Position numbers and translations under genes: made by a program. Positions 1 to 9,657 of a stretch of 64,000 nt of DNA are shown one piece after another (within the stretch, counting starts at the first letter, position 1; every line of letters begins with the position of its first letter). This stretch comes from an uncultured Solirubrobacterales bacterium. Lineage in GTDB: Bacteria > Actinomycetota > Thermoleophilia > Solirubrobacterales > 70-9. The notes below the pieces were generated by a model. That model made no database searches. It saw only the letters and a program-made list of their open reading frames with translations, and was not told the origin of the DNA. The stretch is from the NCBI GenBank assembly GCA_963740055.1, contig CAVUCL010000002.1, forward strand, positions 24,849-88,848, given 5' to 3'.

Positions 1-394
1 GCCATCCCATGATCTCGCCCGGCGCCGCCGCGAAGCCGGCGTTGATCGCCGCCGCCTGACCGCCGTCGGGCCCGGACTCGAGCCCGGCAAGTCGCGGCCG
101 GAAGGGCTCGAGCCGGCGCATCGTGTCGTCGCGCGAGCCGCCGTCGCGGATCGCGTAGGAGAGCGCCGGGTAGCCCTGGCCGAGGACGCTCTCGGCGGCG
201 CGGGCGACGTAGGCGCCCTGGTCGAGCGACGGGGTCACGATCGCGATCGTCGGCGCCGGATCGGGAACCCGATCGCGCAGGTACCAGGCGGGGACCTCGA
301 GCTGGCGGGCGTCGTACTGGCGGCGCATGTCGCCGAGCGTCGGTCGCACGGCCCCGGCGACCCAGTCGCGGGCATGCGTGAGCCGAGCCTGCAC
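1..394 (-). CDS. glycosyltransferase family 2, N-terminal part (gene continues beyond window start)
   Basis: Own minus-strand translation from GTG at 394, with GGAGGAGG just upstream: VQARLTHARDW...PTIAIVTPSLDQGAYVARAAESVLGQGYPALSYAIRDGGSRDDT...AAINAGFAAAPGEIMGW. This is the typical GT2 N-terminal pattern. It is absent from the ORF track because no stop lies inside the window. Confidence 0.6.
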   Translation of the reverse strand, partial: MQARLTHARDWVAGAVRPTLGDMRRQYDARQLEVPAWYLRDRVPDPAPTIAIVTPSLDQGAYVARAAESVLGQGYPALSYAIRDGGSRDDTMRRLEPFRPRLAGLESGPDGGQAAAINAGFAAAPGEIMGW

Positions 395-408
395 GCCGCC
401 TCCTCCTC

Positions 409-648
409 TCAGCGACGAAGCTCGGTGCCGTCGTAGAGCTTGTGGATCACGACGCCGCCGGGCGGGGCCGCCTCGAGGCAGAGCTCGCAGAGGACGCACT
501 CGTCGAGCTGCGCTGGGACGGTCTCGATCCTGCCGCCGCCGTCGCGGAAGATGTCGACCGGGCAGACCTCCTCCAGCTTCTTCGCCAGCTCGGGATCGCC
601 GGCGACCGACCCGTCGACCTCGATCTCGATGAAGACGCCATCAGCCAT
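409..648 (-). CDS. small 4Fe-4S ferredoxin-like protein
   Basis: Internal ATG of ORF 409..774: MADGVFIEIEVDG...EEVCPVDIF...DECVLCELCLEA. It has a CxxCxxC plus CP cluster motif. The start overlaps the sucD-like stop by 8 nt. Confidence 0.7.
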   Translation of the reverse strand: MADGVFIEIEVDGSVAGDPELAKKLEEVCPVDIFRDGGGRIETVPAQLDECVLCELCLEAAPPGGVVIHKLYDGTELRR

Positions 649-1552
649 TGAGCTTCTCCTTGACCGCGCCGGGGATCTCGTCGATGCGCTCGACCACGGG
701 AATCCCGGCGGCCTCGAGGCGGGCGATCTTCTCGGTCGCCGAGTCCTCCGTGCCCTCGACGATCGTGCCCGCATGGCCGAAGCTCATTCCCTGCATCTCC
801 TCGTCGTCCATGAACCGGCCCGCCATGAAGGCGACGATCGGCAGCCGCGAGTCGGCCCGCTCGCGCCAGTCGACCAGCTCGGCCTCCATCCGCCCGCCCG
901 GCTCGGTGTAGATCACGATCGCCTCGGTCTGCTCGTCGGCCTCGAACAGCGGCATCAGCTCGGCGTAGGTCGAGCCGATGATCGCGTCGCCGCCGATCGA
1001 GATCGCGGTCGAGACGCCGAGGCCGGCGGCGGTCAGGGTCGAGGAGATCTCGGTCGTCATCCCGCCAGAGCGCGACATCACGCCGACCGGCCCGGGCGAG
1101 TACGCCTTCGCGGCGTCCTTTGCGGGGCCGCCGATGCCGCCCATCTTCGCCACCCCGGGGACGATCAGCCCGAGGCAGTTGGGGCCGATGATCCGGGCGC
1201 CTCGCTCGCCCGCGAGCTCGACCATCTGGGCGACGTCGCGGCGCGGGATGCGCTCGGTCACGATCACGATCAGCTTGATGCCGTTCTCGATCGCCTCGAG
1301 CACCGCGTCCTTGGTGAACGCGGGAGGGACGGTGACGACCGCGCCGTCGGGCACCGAGCCGTGATCGGCGACGGCCTGCTCGACGGTGTCGAACACTGGG
1401 ACGCCGTGGACCTCGCGGCCCTTGCGCCCCGGGGTCACGCCGCCGACGATCCTGGAGCCGAAGTCGAGGCACTCGCGGGTCAGGTTGACGGCCTCGCGGC
1501 CGGTGATCCCCTGGACGATGAAGGTGAAGTCCCTGTCGAGCAGGATCGACAT
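641..1552 (-). CDS. succinate--CoA ligase family, alpha (CoA-binding) subunit
   Basis: MSILLDRDFTFIVQGITGREA...VGGVTPGRKG...PNCLGLIVPG...MSRSGGMTTE...SIGGD. ATG at 1552 forms an ATGA overlap with the upstream beta subunit. Confidence 0.85.
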   Translation of the reverse strand: MSILLDRDFTFIVQGITGREAVNLTRECLDFGSRIVGGVTPGRKGREVHGVPVFDTVEQAVADHGSVPDGAVVTVPPAFTKDAVLEAIENGIKLIVIVTERIPRRDVAQMVELAGERGARIIGPNCLGLIVPGVAKMGGIGGPAKDAAKAYSPGPVGVMSRSGGMTTEISSTLTAAGLGVSTAISIGGDAIIGSTYAELMPLFEADEQTEAIVIYTEPGGRMEAELVDWRERADSRLPIVAFMAGRFMDDEEMQGMSFGHAGTIVEGTEDSATEKIARLEAAGIPVVERIDEIPGAVKEKLNG

Positions 1553-2763
1553 CAGGAATCCCCCTGGACGCGCGCGACCGCCTGGCCGGCCGCCTCCCAC
1601 ATGCTCACATTGCGGTCGTTGAACTCGATCCCGTAACGGGAGAGGATCTTCGCCCCCTCCTCCTCCCAGGCACCGGGGATGCGGAAGACCGCGATCGTCT
1701 CGGCCGGGTCCTTGCCGAGCTCGAGACAGGCCTTGATCACCCCGCGGGCGACGATGTCGACTCGGGTGTTGGAGACGATCGACATCATCACCGCGATCTT
1801 CTCGACCCCGTCCTTGCGCAGGACCTCCATCGCCAGGCCCTGCGCCTTCGCGACCGAGGGGTTGCCGCCGATCTCGGCGTAGTTCGCGGGCCGGCCTCCC
1901 TGGCTGCGGACGGCGTCGGTGAGCGTCAGCGAGCCGCCGCCGGCGCCGATCACGAGCCCGAGGTCGCCGTCGAAGCCGTGGTCCTTGCCCTGGATCACGC
2001 CGCGATGGTCGGCGGCATCGATCGCCTTCACCCTGCGCTCGAACTCCGACGGCTCGTAGAGCTCGCGCGGCTCGGAGAGGTCGACGCCGATCTCGCCGAG
2101 CAGGTCACGGTGGCGGCCGACGGCCTCGTCCTCCATCTCCATGTGCGCGTCGAGGGCGACGAAGGACCCGTCCGCCAAGCGCGCGAGCGGGTTTATCTCG
2201 GCCAGGGTCATGTCGTAGTCGCGCTGCAGGCGGGCGAGCTTCGCCAGCACCGCGGTGGCGCGGTTGAGCTCCGAGCCGGTCATCCCGCAGCGCGCCACCG
2301 TCTGCTTCGCCTCGAAGTCGGCGATCGGATGGAGGTTCGAGAGGTGGCCGCGACCGACGTGGTCGGGGTGCTCGGCGGCGACCTGCTCGATGTCGATCCC
2401 GCCCATGTCGCTGAACAGCATCATCGGCCGCTTCGCTCGCCCGTCCCAGAGCACCGCGGCGTAGTACTCCTGCTCGATTGCGGCCTTCGGGTCGACGAGG
2501 ACGCCAACCGGGAGGTGTCCGCCGATCTCGAGCTCGAGGATCTCGGTGGCGTGCGCCTCGGCCTCCTCGGGCGTGTCGGCGAACTTGACCCCGCCGGCCT
2601 TCATCCGGCCGCCGGTCAGGACCTGCGACTTGACCACGGTCGGGCCGGCGATCCGCGCGGCCGCCGCGCGAGCCTCGGCCGGCGTGGTACAGAAGCCGTA
2701 GTCGGTGACCGGGATCCCGGCCCGCTCGACGATCCGGCGTGACTCGAACTCGTAGAACCGCAT
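1552..2763 (-). CDS. succinate--CoA ligase family, beta (ATP-grasp) subunit, divergent type
   Basis: 403 aa: MRFYEFESRRIVERAGIPV...VVKSQVLTGGRMKAGGVKF. It has an ATP-grasp N-terminus and a ligase-CoA C-terminal half. It is translationally coupled to the alpha subunit. Confidence 0.8.
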   Translation of the reverse strand: MRFYEFESRRIVERAGIPVTDYGFCTTPAEARAAAARIAGPTVVKSQVLTGGRMKAGGVKFADTPEEAEAHATEILELEIGGHLPVGVLVDPKAAIEQEYYAAVLWDGRAKRPMMLFSDMGGIDIEQVAAEHPDHVGRGHLSNLHPIADFEAKQTVARCGMTGSELNRATAVLAKLARLQRDYDMTLAEINPLARLADGSFVALDAHMEMEDEAVGRHRDLLGEIGVDLSEPRELYEPSEFERRVKAIDAADHRGVIQGKDHGFDGDLGLVIGAGGGSLTLTDAVRSQGGRPANYAEIGGNPSVAKAQGLAMEVLRKDGVEKIAVMMSIVSNTRVDIVARGVIKACLELGKDPAETIAVFRIPGAWEEEGAKILSRYGIEFNDRNVSMWEAAGQAVARVQGDS

Positions 2764-2805
2764 GGCGCGGCGCGGAACCCTAGTGCTTCCGCATCGAGAT
2801 GAGGC

Positions 2806-3087
2806 TCAGCGCTTGGCCACCGCGCGCTCGCGTCCCCCGGTCGCCCGCCAGATCAGCAGCGCGATGATCGAGCCGATGATCGAGCCGATCACGCCCGAGG
2901 CCTGGAACGCGCCTTCCCCGGAGTCATGTCCGATCAGGTAGCCCAGAAAGCCTCCGATAAAGCTGCCGGCGACCCCGATCGCCACGGTCCCCCAGAAGCC
3001 GAGCGGGTCCGGCCCCGGAACCAGCAACCGTGCCAGGTAGCCGCCGATGATTCCGATCACGAAGAGGTAGATGATGAACCCGACCAC
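2806..3087 (-). CDS. GlsB/YeaQ/YmgE family small membrane protein
   Basis: GTG at 3087 preceded by GAAGGAG. The 93 aa product (VGFIIYLFVIGIIGGYLARLL...GSIIGSIIALLIW) has glycine-zipper TM helices typical of the family. Confidence 0.8.
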   Translation of the reverse strand: MVGFIIYLFVIGIIGGYLARLLVPGPDPLGFWGTVAIGVAGSFIGGFLGYLIGHDSGEGAFQASGVIGSIIGSIIALLIWRATGGRERAVAKR

Positions 3088-3266
3088 GTGTTCTCCTTCT
3101 CTAGGTTGACCGCTTGGTCCCCGCTCGGCGGCGCTGCTAAACGGATTTCGTGCCCTCCGGCACAAGCCCGGGCCGACCGTTGGTCCGTCACAATGGTGCC
3201 CCCGGATACCGGCTGCCCGGCCGGGTAGATGCCAGTACCACCCACGACGAGGAGTTGAACCACCAC

Positions 3267-5078
3267 TTGAGCGACACGACGACCGCCGCCGAGGCCCCGA
3301 CGAAGAACGCGAAGCTCTCCGCCTGGGTGGAGAAGGTCGCCGAGCTGACCCAGCCCGACTCGATCCACTGGTGCGACGGGTCGGCCGAGGAGTACGACCG
3401 ACTGTGTCAGGAGCTGGTCGACGCGGGGACGTTCGAGAAGCTCTCCGACGCGAAGCGGCCGAACTCATATCTCGCCCGCTCCGACCCCGGCGACGTCGCC
3501 CGGGTCGAGGATCGCACGTTCATCTGCTCCGAGCGCGAGCAGGACGCCGGTCCGACCAACAACTGGCGCGACCCGGGCGAGATGCGCGAGATGCTCGACG
3601 ACCTCTTCCGCGGGGCGATGAAGGGCCGGACGATGTACGTGGTCCCGTTCTCGATGGGCCCGCTCGGTTCGCCGATCGCCCACGTCGGCGTCCAGCTCAC
3701 CGACTCTCCCTACGTCGCGGTCTCGATGCGGATCATGACCCGGATGGGCGACGGCGCGCTCGAGGCGATGGGCGCCGACGGCGAGTTCGTCCCCTGCCTG
3801 CACACGGTCGGGATGCCGCTCGCCGAAGGGGAGGAGGACGTGCCGTGGCCGTGCGACGCGACCAACAAGTACATCGTCCACTACCCCGAGACCCGCGAGA
3901 TCTGGTCATACGGCTCCGGCTACGGCGGCAACGCGCTGCTCGGAAAGAAGTGCTTCGCGCTGCGGATCGCCTCGGCGATGGCGCGCGACGAGGGCTGGAT
4001 GGCCGAGCACATGCTGATCCTCAAGCTCACCTCGCCCGAGGGACAGGTCAAGTACGTGACCGGCGCCTTCCCCTCTGCATGCGGCAAGACCAACCTCGCG
4101 ATGCTGGTCCCGACGCTCGAGGGCTGGACGGTCGAGACGGTCGGCGACGACATCGCCTGGATGAAGTTCGGCTCCGACGGCCGCCTGTACGCGGTCAACC
4201 CGGAGGCCGGCTTCTTCGGCGTCGCCCCCAACACGTCTCACAAGACGAACCCGAACGCGATGGACACGATCGAGCGCAACTCGATCTTCACCAATTGCGC
4301 GCTCACCGACGACGGCGACATCTGGTGGGAGGGGATGACCGGCGAGCCGCCCGCGCACGCGATCGACTGGAAGGGCAACGACTGGACGCCCGACTCCGAG
4401 GAGCCGGCCGCGCACCCGAACGCGCGCTTCACCACCCCGGCGGCCCAGTGTCCGTCGATCGCCTCCGAGTGGGAGGACCCGGCCGGCGTCCCGATCGACG
4501 CGTTTCTGTTCGGCGGTCGGCGGGCGACCGTCGTGCCGCTCGTCAGCGAGGCATTCGACTGGGACCACGGCGTCTTCCTCGGCGCGACGATGTCCTCGGA
4601 GACGACCGCCGCGGCGGCGGGGGAGGTCGGCAAGCTGCGCTTCGACCCGATGGCGATGCTGCCGTTCTGTGGCTACGACATGGCCGCCTACTTCGGACAC
4701 TGGCTCGAGCTCGGCCGCGCGCATGCGAACGAGATGCCGCGGGTGTTCGTCGTCAACTGGTTTCGAAAGGACGATGAGGGCAGGTTCCTGTGGCCGGGCT
4801 TCGGCGAGAACAGCCGCGTGCTCGAGTGGGTCTTCCGCCGCTGCGAGGGCGAGGGAGAGGCGGTCGAGACGCCGATCGGACTGGTCCCCGCCGCGGGGGA
4901 GATCGACCTCGACGGGCTCGAGATCTCCGAGCAGGCGATGGGCGAGCTGCTCACCGTCGACGCGGAGCAGGTCCGCGACCAGCTGCCGCAGGTCGAGGAG
5001 TTCCTGGCGCAGTTCGGCGATCGGCTCCCGGACGAGATCGGGCGCCAGCTCGAGGCGCTGAAGCGGCGCCTGGACTGA
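3267..5078 (+). CDS. pckG: phosphoenolpyruvate carboxykinase (GTP)
   Basis: Unambiguous PEPCK-GTP sequence (WCDGS..., [24 protein letters not shown]). I prefer TTG at 3267, which lies downstream of a GAGGAG at 3249-3254. The ORF-track start at 3150 is possible. Confidence 0.9.
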   Translation: MSDTTTAAEAPTKNAKLSAWVEKVAELTQPDSIHWCDGSAEEYDRLCQELVDAGTFEKLSDAKRPNSYLARSDPGDVARVEDRTFICSEREQDAGPTNNWRDPGEMREMLDDLFRGAMKGRTMYVVPFSMGPLGSPIAHVGVQLTDSPYVAVSMRIMTRMGDGALEAMGADGEFVPCLHTVGMPLAEGEEDVPWPCDATNKYIVHYPETREIWSYGSGYGGNALLGKKCFALRIASAMARDEGWMAEHMLILKLTSPEGQVKYVTGAFPSACGKTNLAMLVPTLEGWTVETVGDDIAWMKFGSDGRLYAVNPEAGFFGVAPNTSHKTNPNAMDTIERNSIFTNCALTDDGDIWWEGMTGEPPAHAIDWKGNDWTPDSEEPAAHPNARFTTPAAQCPSIASEWEDPAGVPIDAFLFGGRRATVVPLVSEAFDWDHGVFLGATMSSETTAAAAGEVGKLRFDPMAMLPFCGYDMAAYFGHWLELGRAHANEMPRVFVVNWFRKDDEGRFLWPGFGENSRVLEWVFRRCEGEGEAVETPIGLVPAAGEIDLDGLEISEQAMGELLTVDAEQVRDQLPQVEEFLAQFGDRLPDEIGRQLEALKRRLD

Positions 5079-5163
5079 CGCGCGGGACTCTCATCGTCCT
5101 CTAATTGCGGCTCCGTAGAACCCCGGTTCGTGATCAACTACGAACAAGTACGGAGGTAACGAG

Positions 5164-5490
5164 ATGACGAAGCGACGCAAGGTCCTGATCGTGGGCGCCT
5201 CGGCGCTCGCCCTGGCCGCGGGTGGCGCGGGCGTGGCGATGGCGACCGGCGGCGACGACGACGCGACCGAGAAGCCGATCGAGGGCTCGGCGCTCGAGCA
5301 GGCAAGCGATGCCGCGCTCGCCCATACCGGCGAGGGCTCGGTGACCGAGACCGAGGTCGGCGACGAGGAGAGCTATTACGAGGTCGAGGTGACCCTCGAC
5401 GACGGCAGCCAGGTCGACGTGCAGCTCGACCGCGACTTCGCCGTGGTCGGCGACGAGGCCGACTCGGAGGACGAGGCCGGCGACGAGTAG
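5164..5490 (+). CDS. secreted PepSY-like domain protein
   Basis: Signal peptide (KVLIVGASALALAAGGAGVAMA), then ALEQASDAALAHTGEGSVTETEVGDEESYYEVEVTLDDGSQVDVQLDRDF. RBS GGAGG upstream. Confidence 0.55.
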   Translation: MTKRRKVLIVGASALALAAGGAGVAMATGGDDDATEKPIEGSALEQASDAALAHTGEGSVTETEVGDEESYYEVEVTLDDGSQVDVQLDRDFAVVGDEADSEDEAGDE

Positions 5491-5504
5491 CTCGTCTGTG
5501 CGCC

Positions 5505-5539
5505 TATAGCGGATCCGCGATGATCGCGGATCCGCTATA
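5505..5539. promoter_or_regulatory. perfect 16-bp-arm palindrome (operator and/or terminator) immediately upstream of the XRE gene
   Basis: TATAGCGGATCCGCGA-tga-TCGCGGATCCGCTATA followed by TTT. It lies 15 nt after the PepSY stop and ends 8 nt before the ATG at 5548. Confidence 0.6.
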
Positions 5540-5547
5540 TTTGGCGC

Positions 5548-5871
5548 ATGGCGACCACACCGGGCGAGCTGCTGCGTGACGCGCGACGCCGGCGCGGACT
5601 GAGCCAGTCACGGCTTGCGATTCGCGCCGGGACGACCCAGTCGGCGAACTCGCGGATCGAGGGCGACCACGTCTCGCCGACGATCGAGACCCTGAGCGGG
5701 CTCCTGCGGCTGCTCGGCGAGGACCTCGTGATCGATGCGGTCGACCGCGACTCGGGGGTCGACCGCGAACTCAATCGCCGCAACCTCGGCTACGCCCCGG
5801 GCGAACGGGTCAGCCGCGGCCTCGCGTTCGCCGAGCTGGTCCGCCGCAACCGCGGCAAGGCCGCGGCTTGA
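5548..5871 (+). CDS. XRE-family helix-turn-helix transcriptional regulator
   Basis: LLRDARRRRGLSQSRLAIRAGTTQSANSRIEGDHVSPTIETLSGLL is a classic HTH_3 pattern. The stop overlaps the next gene start (ATGA-type, 4 nt). Confidence 0.8.
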   Translation: MATTPGELLRDARRRRGLSQSRLAIRAGTTQSANSRIEGDHVSPTIETLSGLLRLLGEDLVIDAVDRDSGVDRELNRRNLGYAPGERVSRGLAFAELVRRNRGKAAA

Positions 5872-6401
5872 CCGCGCTCGGCGGTGCGCCTCCCGACCTT
5901 CCCATCCGTCCGGGTCCGATCTTCGCGGTCCTCAAGCGCCACCAGGTCGACTTCGTCGTCGTCGGCGGTCTCGCGGGCAGCGCCCACGGCTCGTCGTATC
6001 CGACCTACGACCTCGACGTCGCCTATTCGCGGGACGCGGGAAACCTCGAGCGAATGGCGGCGGCGCTGCGCGAGCTCGAGGTGAAGCTGACGAACGCGCC
6101 GGCGGACCTCCCGTTCCAGATCGACGCGACGAGCCTCGCGAACGGCGCCAACTTCACCTTCGACACCCCGCTCGGGCGGTTCGACATCCTCGGCCACCTG
6201 CCCGGGATCGGCTCCTACGAGGCGCTCGCCGATGCGGCCGTGGCGACGGAGCTCGAGGGGGAGCTGGTCCCGGTCGCATCGATCGACCACCTGATCTCGA
6301 TGAAACGGGCCGCGGGCCGGCCCAAGGATGAGCTCATGCTCGACGAATACATCGTGATCGCCGATGAGCAGGGGCGCGTGGACGCCGATCAGAGCTCGTA
6401 G
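5868..6401 (+). CDS. nucleotidyltransferase-fold protein (putative toxin-like partner of the XRE gene)
   Basis: [25 protein letters not shown]...[16 protein letters not shown]. This is the GS-x(n)-DxD minimal nucleotidyltransferase signature. Confidence 0.6.
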   Translation: MTALGGAPPDLPIRPGPIFAVLKRHQVDFVVVGGLAGSAHGSSYPTYDLDVAYSRDAGNLERMAAALRELEVKLTNAPADLPFQIDATSLANGANFTFDTPLGRFDILGHLPGIGSYEALADAAVATELEGELVPVASIDHLISMKRAAGRPKDELMLDEYIVIADEQGRVDADQSS

Positions 6402-7438
6402 GCGGCGGCGAGCTCCGGGTCGCGGCTGGCGAGCATCTCGGCGAGCTCGACCATCACCTTGCACTGCTTCCAGGTCGCGTCGTCCTGCATCTTGCCGTCG
6501 ATCATGTGCACTCCGCGCCCGTCGGGGATCGCCTCGATCACCTTCTTCGCGAACCGGACCTCCTCCGGGTCGGGGCTGAAGACCTTCTTCGCGATCTCGA
6601 TCTGGACCGGGTGCAGCGACCAGGCGCCGACGCAGCCGAGCAGGAAGGCGGCGCGGAACTGCGCCTCGCAGCCCTGCACGTCCTTGATGTCCCCGTAGGG
6701 GCCGTAGAAGGGCAGGATCCCCGCCGATGCGCAGGCGTCGACCATGCGCGCGATCGAGTAGTGCCACGGGTCCTGCTGGGCGGTCGCCCGCGGCGCCTCC
6801 GGATCGTCGGGATCGGGGTCGTTGATCACCAGGTAGCCGGGATGCCCGCCGCCGACCCGGGTCGTCTTCATCCGCCGCGAGGCGGCGAGGTCGGCGGGCC
6901 CGAAGCTCATCCCCTGCATGCGCGGGCTCGCGGTCGCGATCTGCTCGAGGTTGACCACGCCCTGGGCGGTCTCGAGGATCGCGTGGACGCCGATCGGGCG
7001 CTCGAGCTTCGCCCGCGCCTCGAGCTGGGCGAGGAGGCGGTCGACGTAGTGGATGTCCCAGGCGCCCTCGACCTTGGGCACCATGATCACCTCGAGCACG
7101 TCGCCGATCTCGGTCACCAGGGTGGTCAGGTCGTCGAGCACCCACGGGCTCGAGAGGTCGTTGACCCTGGTCCAGAGCGCGGCGTCGCCGAAGTCGGTCT
7201 GCTTCGCGACCTTTACCAGGCCCGCGCGCGCCGCCTCCTTGTTGTCGACCGAGACCGCGTCCTCGAGGTTGCCGAGCAGGATGTCGGCCTGCTTCGCCAT
7301 CTCCGGGACCTTGGCCGCCATCTTTTCGTTCGAGGCGTCGAAGAAGTGGATCATCCGCGAGGGCTTGATCGGCAGCTCGAGCACCGGATCGGGCGCTCCG
7401 ATGGCGAGCGGCTTGAAGAAGTCACGGGGGTTGCGCAA
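6389..7438 (-). CDS. mcl: L-malyl-CoA/beta-methylmalyl-CoA lyase (HpcH/CitE-like aldolase family)
   Basis: 349 aa. From memory it is near-colinear with Chloroflexus Mcl: [10 protein letters not shown]..., [47 protein letters not shown]. Confidence 0.8.
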   Translation of the reverse strand: MRNPRDFFKPLAIGAPDPVLELPIKPSRMIHFFDASNEKMAAKVPEMAKQADILLGNLEDAVSVDNKEAARAGLVKVAKQTDFGDAALWTRVNDLSSPWVLDDLTTLVTEIGDVLEVIMVPKVEGAWDIHYVDRLLAQLEARAKLERPIGVHAILETAQGVVNLEQIATASPRMQGMSFGPADLAASRRMKTTRVGGGHPGYLVINDPDPDDPEAPRATAQQDPWHYSIARMVDACASAGILPFYGPYGDIKDVQGCEAQFRAAFLLGCVGAWSLHPVQIEIAKKVFSPDPEEVRFAKKVIEAIPDGRGVHMIDGKMQDDATWKQCKVMVELAEMLASRDPELAAAYEL

Positions 7439-7485
7439 GTCTCGTCTCCTGGGTTCGGGGGTCGGCGGAACGCTAGCGTGAGCCC

Positions 7486-7935
7486 ATGGAGTTCGAGGTC
7501 AGAGCGGCGCGCCCCGGCGAGGAGACGACGGTCGCGAAGCTCTACGAGTGGCTGTTCGCGCCCCCCGGCTCGAAGCCCGACGCCTGGGACGAGCGCCGCG
7601 CCACCGTCGCCCTCAGCGAGGCGATCGAATCGCACGACGCAGTCGTGTTGGTCGCCGAAGCGGGTGGAAGCTTGATCGGCTTTTGCAGCGCCTATCAGGA
7701 CCTGCACTCGGTTCGGTTCGGCTATCGCGCCTGGGTCGAGGACCTCGCGGTCGACCCGCAGCGGCGCTCGCTCGGGGTCGGCAAGGCGCTGCTCGACGCG
7801 GCCAAGGCGTGGGCGCGCGAGCGTGGCGCGACCCACCTCGAGCTCGACTCCGCCGAGGCGCGAACCGATGCGCATCGCTTCTACGCCCGCGAGGGCGCCG
7901 CCTATCGTTCGATCTGCTTCGGCTGGCCGCTGTAG
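7486..7935 (+). CDS. GNAT family N-acetyltransferase
   Basis: [38 protein letters not shown] is the acetyl-CoA binding motif A. Confidence 0.85.
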   Translation: MEFEVRAARPGEETTVAKLYEWLFAPPGSKPDAWDERRATVALSEAIESHDAVVLVAEAGGSLIGFCSAYQDLHSVRFGYRAWVEDLAVDPQRRSLGVGKALLDAAKAWARERGATHLELDSAEARTDAHRFYAREGAAYRSICFGWPL

Positions 7936-8018
7936 CCCCCATGTCCGTATCGACCTCTACGCTGCGACGCCTGCCGGGGCCCCGATCGCCTCGCCGCCGA
8001 CAACGACGAAGGGAAACG

Positions 8019-8528
8019 ATGAGACTGATCAAGCGAAGCGCGCTCACCGCGATTGCGGCCGCGGCCCTGCTCGCCGCCGGCTGTGGCGGCGACGACGAGG
8101 ACTCCGGCGGCGAGCCGCTCAGCCCGGAGGCCTACGGGAGCGAGCTGACCGCGATCCTGACCCCGGTCGGGCCCGAGCTGCAGCAGATCGGCAGCGAGAT
8201 CTCGCAGCTCGAGGACTCGCAGACCGACGAGATCGCCGCCGGGCTCGAGGAGACCGAGGGGGTGCTCGAGGACGCCGCGTCCGAGATCGAGGCGCTTGAG
8301 CCGCCGGAGGACCTGGCGGAGACCCAGGACGAGCTCGTCGGCGCGATCGACACCTTCATCGGCGCCACCGCCGACTTCCGCGAAGCGGCCGGCGACGGGG
8401 TCGAGCAGGAGGAGGCGACCACCTTCCAGGAGGCCGGCGCCCAGTTCCAGACCGACCTCCAGGGCGTCGTCACCGATCTCCAGGGCGCCGGGGTCGAGCT
8501 CGGCGAGGCTCCGCCCGAGGCGCAGTAA
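8019..8528 (+). CDS. lipoprotein, acidic, unknown function
   Basis: Internal ATG of ORF 7548..8528: MRLIKRSALTAIAAAALLAAGCGG contains a lipobox. Confidence 0.6.
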   Translation: MRLIKRSALTAIAAAALLAAGCGGDDEDSGGEPLSPEAYGSELTAILTPVGPELQQIGSEISQLEDSQTDEIAAGLEETEGVLEDAASEIEALEPPEDLAETQDELVGAIDTFIGATADFREAAGDGVEQEEATTFQEAGAQFQTDLQGVVTDLQGAGVELGEAPPEAQ

Positions 8529-8551
8529 CCGCGGGCGATTAGGCTGGGGCG

Positions 8552-9652
8552 ATGGCCGGCCGCATCGTCCTCTTCGGCGCCACCGGGTACACCGGGCGAC
8601 TCACCGCGCAGGCCCTGGTGGCGCGCGGCGAGCGTCCCCTGCTCGCCGGGCGCAGCGCCGAGCGCCTCGTCGCGATGGCGGCTGAGCTGGGCGAGCTAGA
8701 GACGGCGGTCGCGGACGTCGGCGATCCGGCTTCGGTGCGCGCCCTGCTCGAGCCGGGCGACGTGATCGTGGCCACGGTGGGGCCGTTCGCGCGCTGGGGC
8801 GACCCCGCGGTCGAGGCGGCGATCGACGCCGGCGCCTCGTACATCGACTCGACCGGCGAGCCGGCGTTCATCCGCCGCGTGTTCGAGCGCTTCGGGCCTG
8901 CCGCCGAGCGGGCCGGCGCCGGGCTGGTGACCGCGTTCGGCTACGACTGGGTCCCCGGCAACCTGGCCGCCGCGCTCGCGCTTCGCGAGGCGGGCCAGGC
9001 GGCGACCCGGGTCGACGTCGGCTACTTCGCCACCGGCGGGAGCGGCGGGATGAGCGGCGGCACCCGCGCCTCGCTGGCGGGCGCGATCGTCGAGCCCGCG
9101 TTCGCGTGGCGCGACGGCGAGCTGCGGACCGAGCGCGGCGCCGCACGGGTGCGCGAGTTCGAGGCCGCCGGGCGCGAGCGGCCCGCGGTCTCGGTCGGCT
9201 CCTCCGAGCATCTGACCCTCCCCCGGCTGCACCCCGGGCTGCGTGAGGTCAACGCCTATCTGGGCTGGTTCGGCTCCGCCTCGCGGGGGATGCAGGCGTT
9301 CTCGGCGGTCAACTCAGCGATCACCCGGGTGCCAGGCGCCAAGCGGGCGATCGGGGCGCTCTCCGCGCGCTTCGTCCCCGGGTCGACCGGCGGGCCGGAC
9401 GCCGAGGCGCGCGCCCAGACCGGCTCGGCGGTGGTCGCGATCGCCTACGACGCCGGTGGCCGTGAGCTCGCCACGGTCGAGGTCCGCGGCGTCAACGGCT
9501 ACGACTTCACCGGCCGGATCCTCGCCTGGGGAGCGTCGCATGCGGCGGCCGAGGGGCTCGCCGGAGCCGGCGCGCTCGGGCCGGCGGAGGCGTTCGGAGT
9601 CGACCGGCTCGAGGCCGGCTGCGCGGAGGCCGGGATCGAGCGCGCTTCCTAG
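8552..9652 (+). CDS. saccharopine dehydrogenase-like NAD(P)-binding protein
   Basis: MAGRIVLFGATGYTGRLTAQALVARG is a Rossmann start. Length and layout match the trans-acting enoyl reductase / Sacchrp_dh family. Confidence 0.7.
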   Translation: MAGRIVLFGATGYTGRLTAQALVARGERPLLAGRSAERLVAMAAELGELETAVADVGDPASVRALLEPGDVIVATVGPFARWGDPAVEAAIDAGASYIDSTGEPAFIRRVFERFGPAAERAGAGLVTAFGYDWVPGNLAAALALREAGQAATRVDVGYFATGGSGGMSGGTRASLAGAIVEPAFAWRDGELRTERGAARVREFEAAGRERPAVSVGSSEHLTLPRLHPGLREVNAYLGWFGSASRGMQAFSAVNSAITRVPGAKRAIGALSARFVPGSTGGPDAEARAQTGSAVVAIAYDAGGRELATVEVRGVNGYDFTGRILAWGASHAAAEGLAGAGALGPAEAFGVDRLEAGCAEAGIERAS

Positions 9653-9657
9653 CGGCG

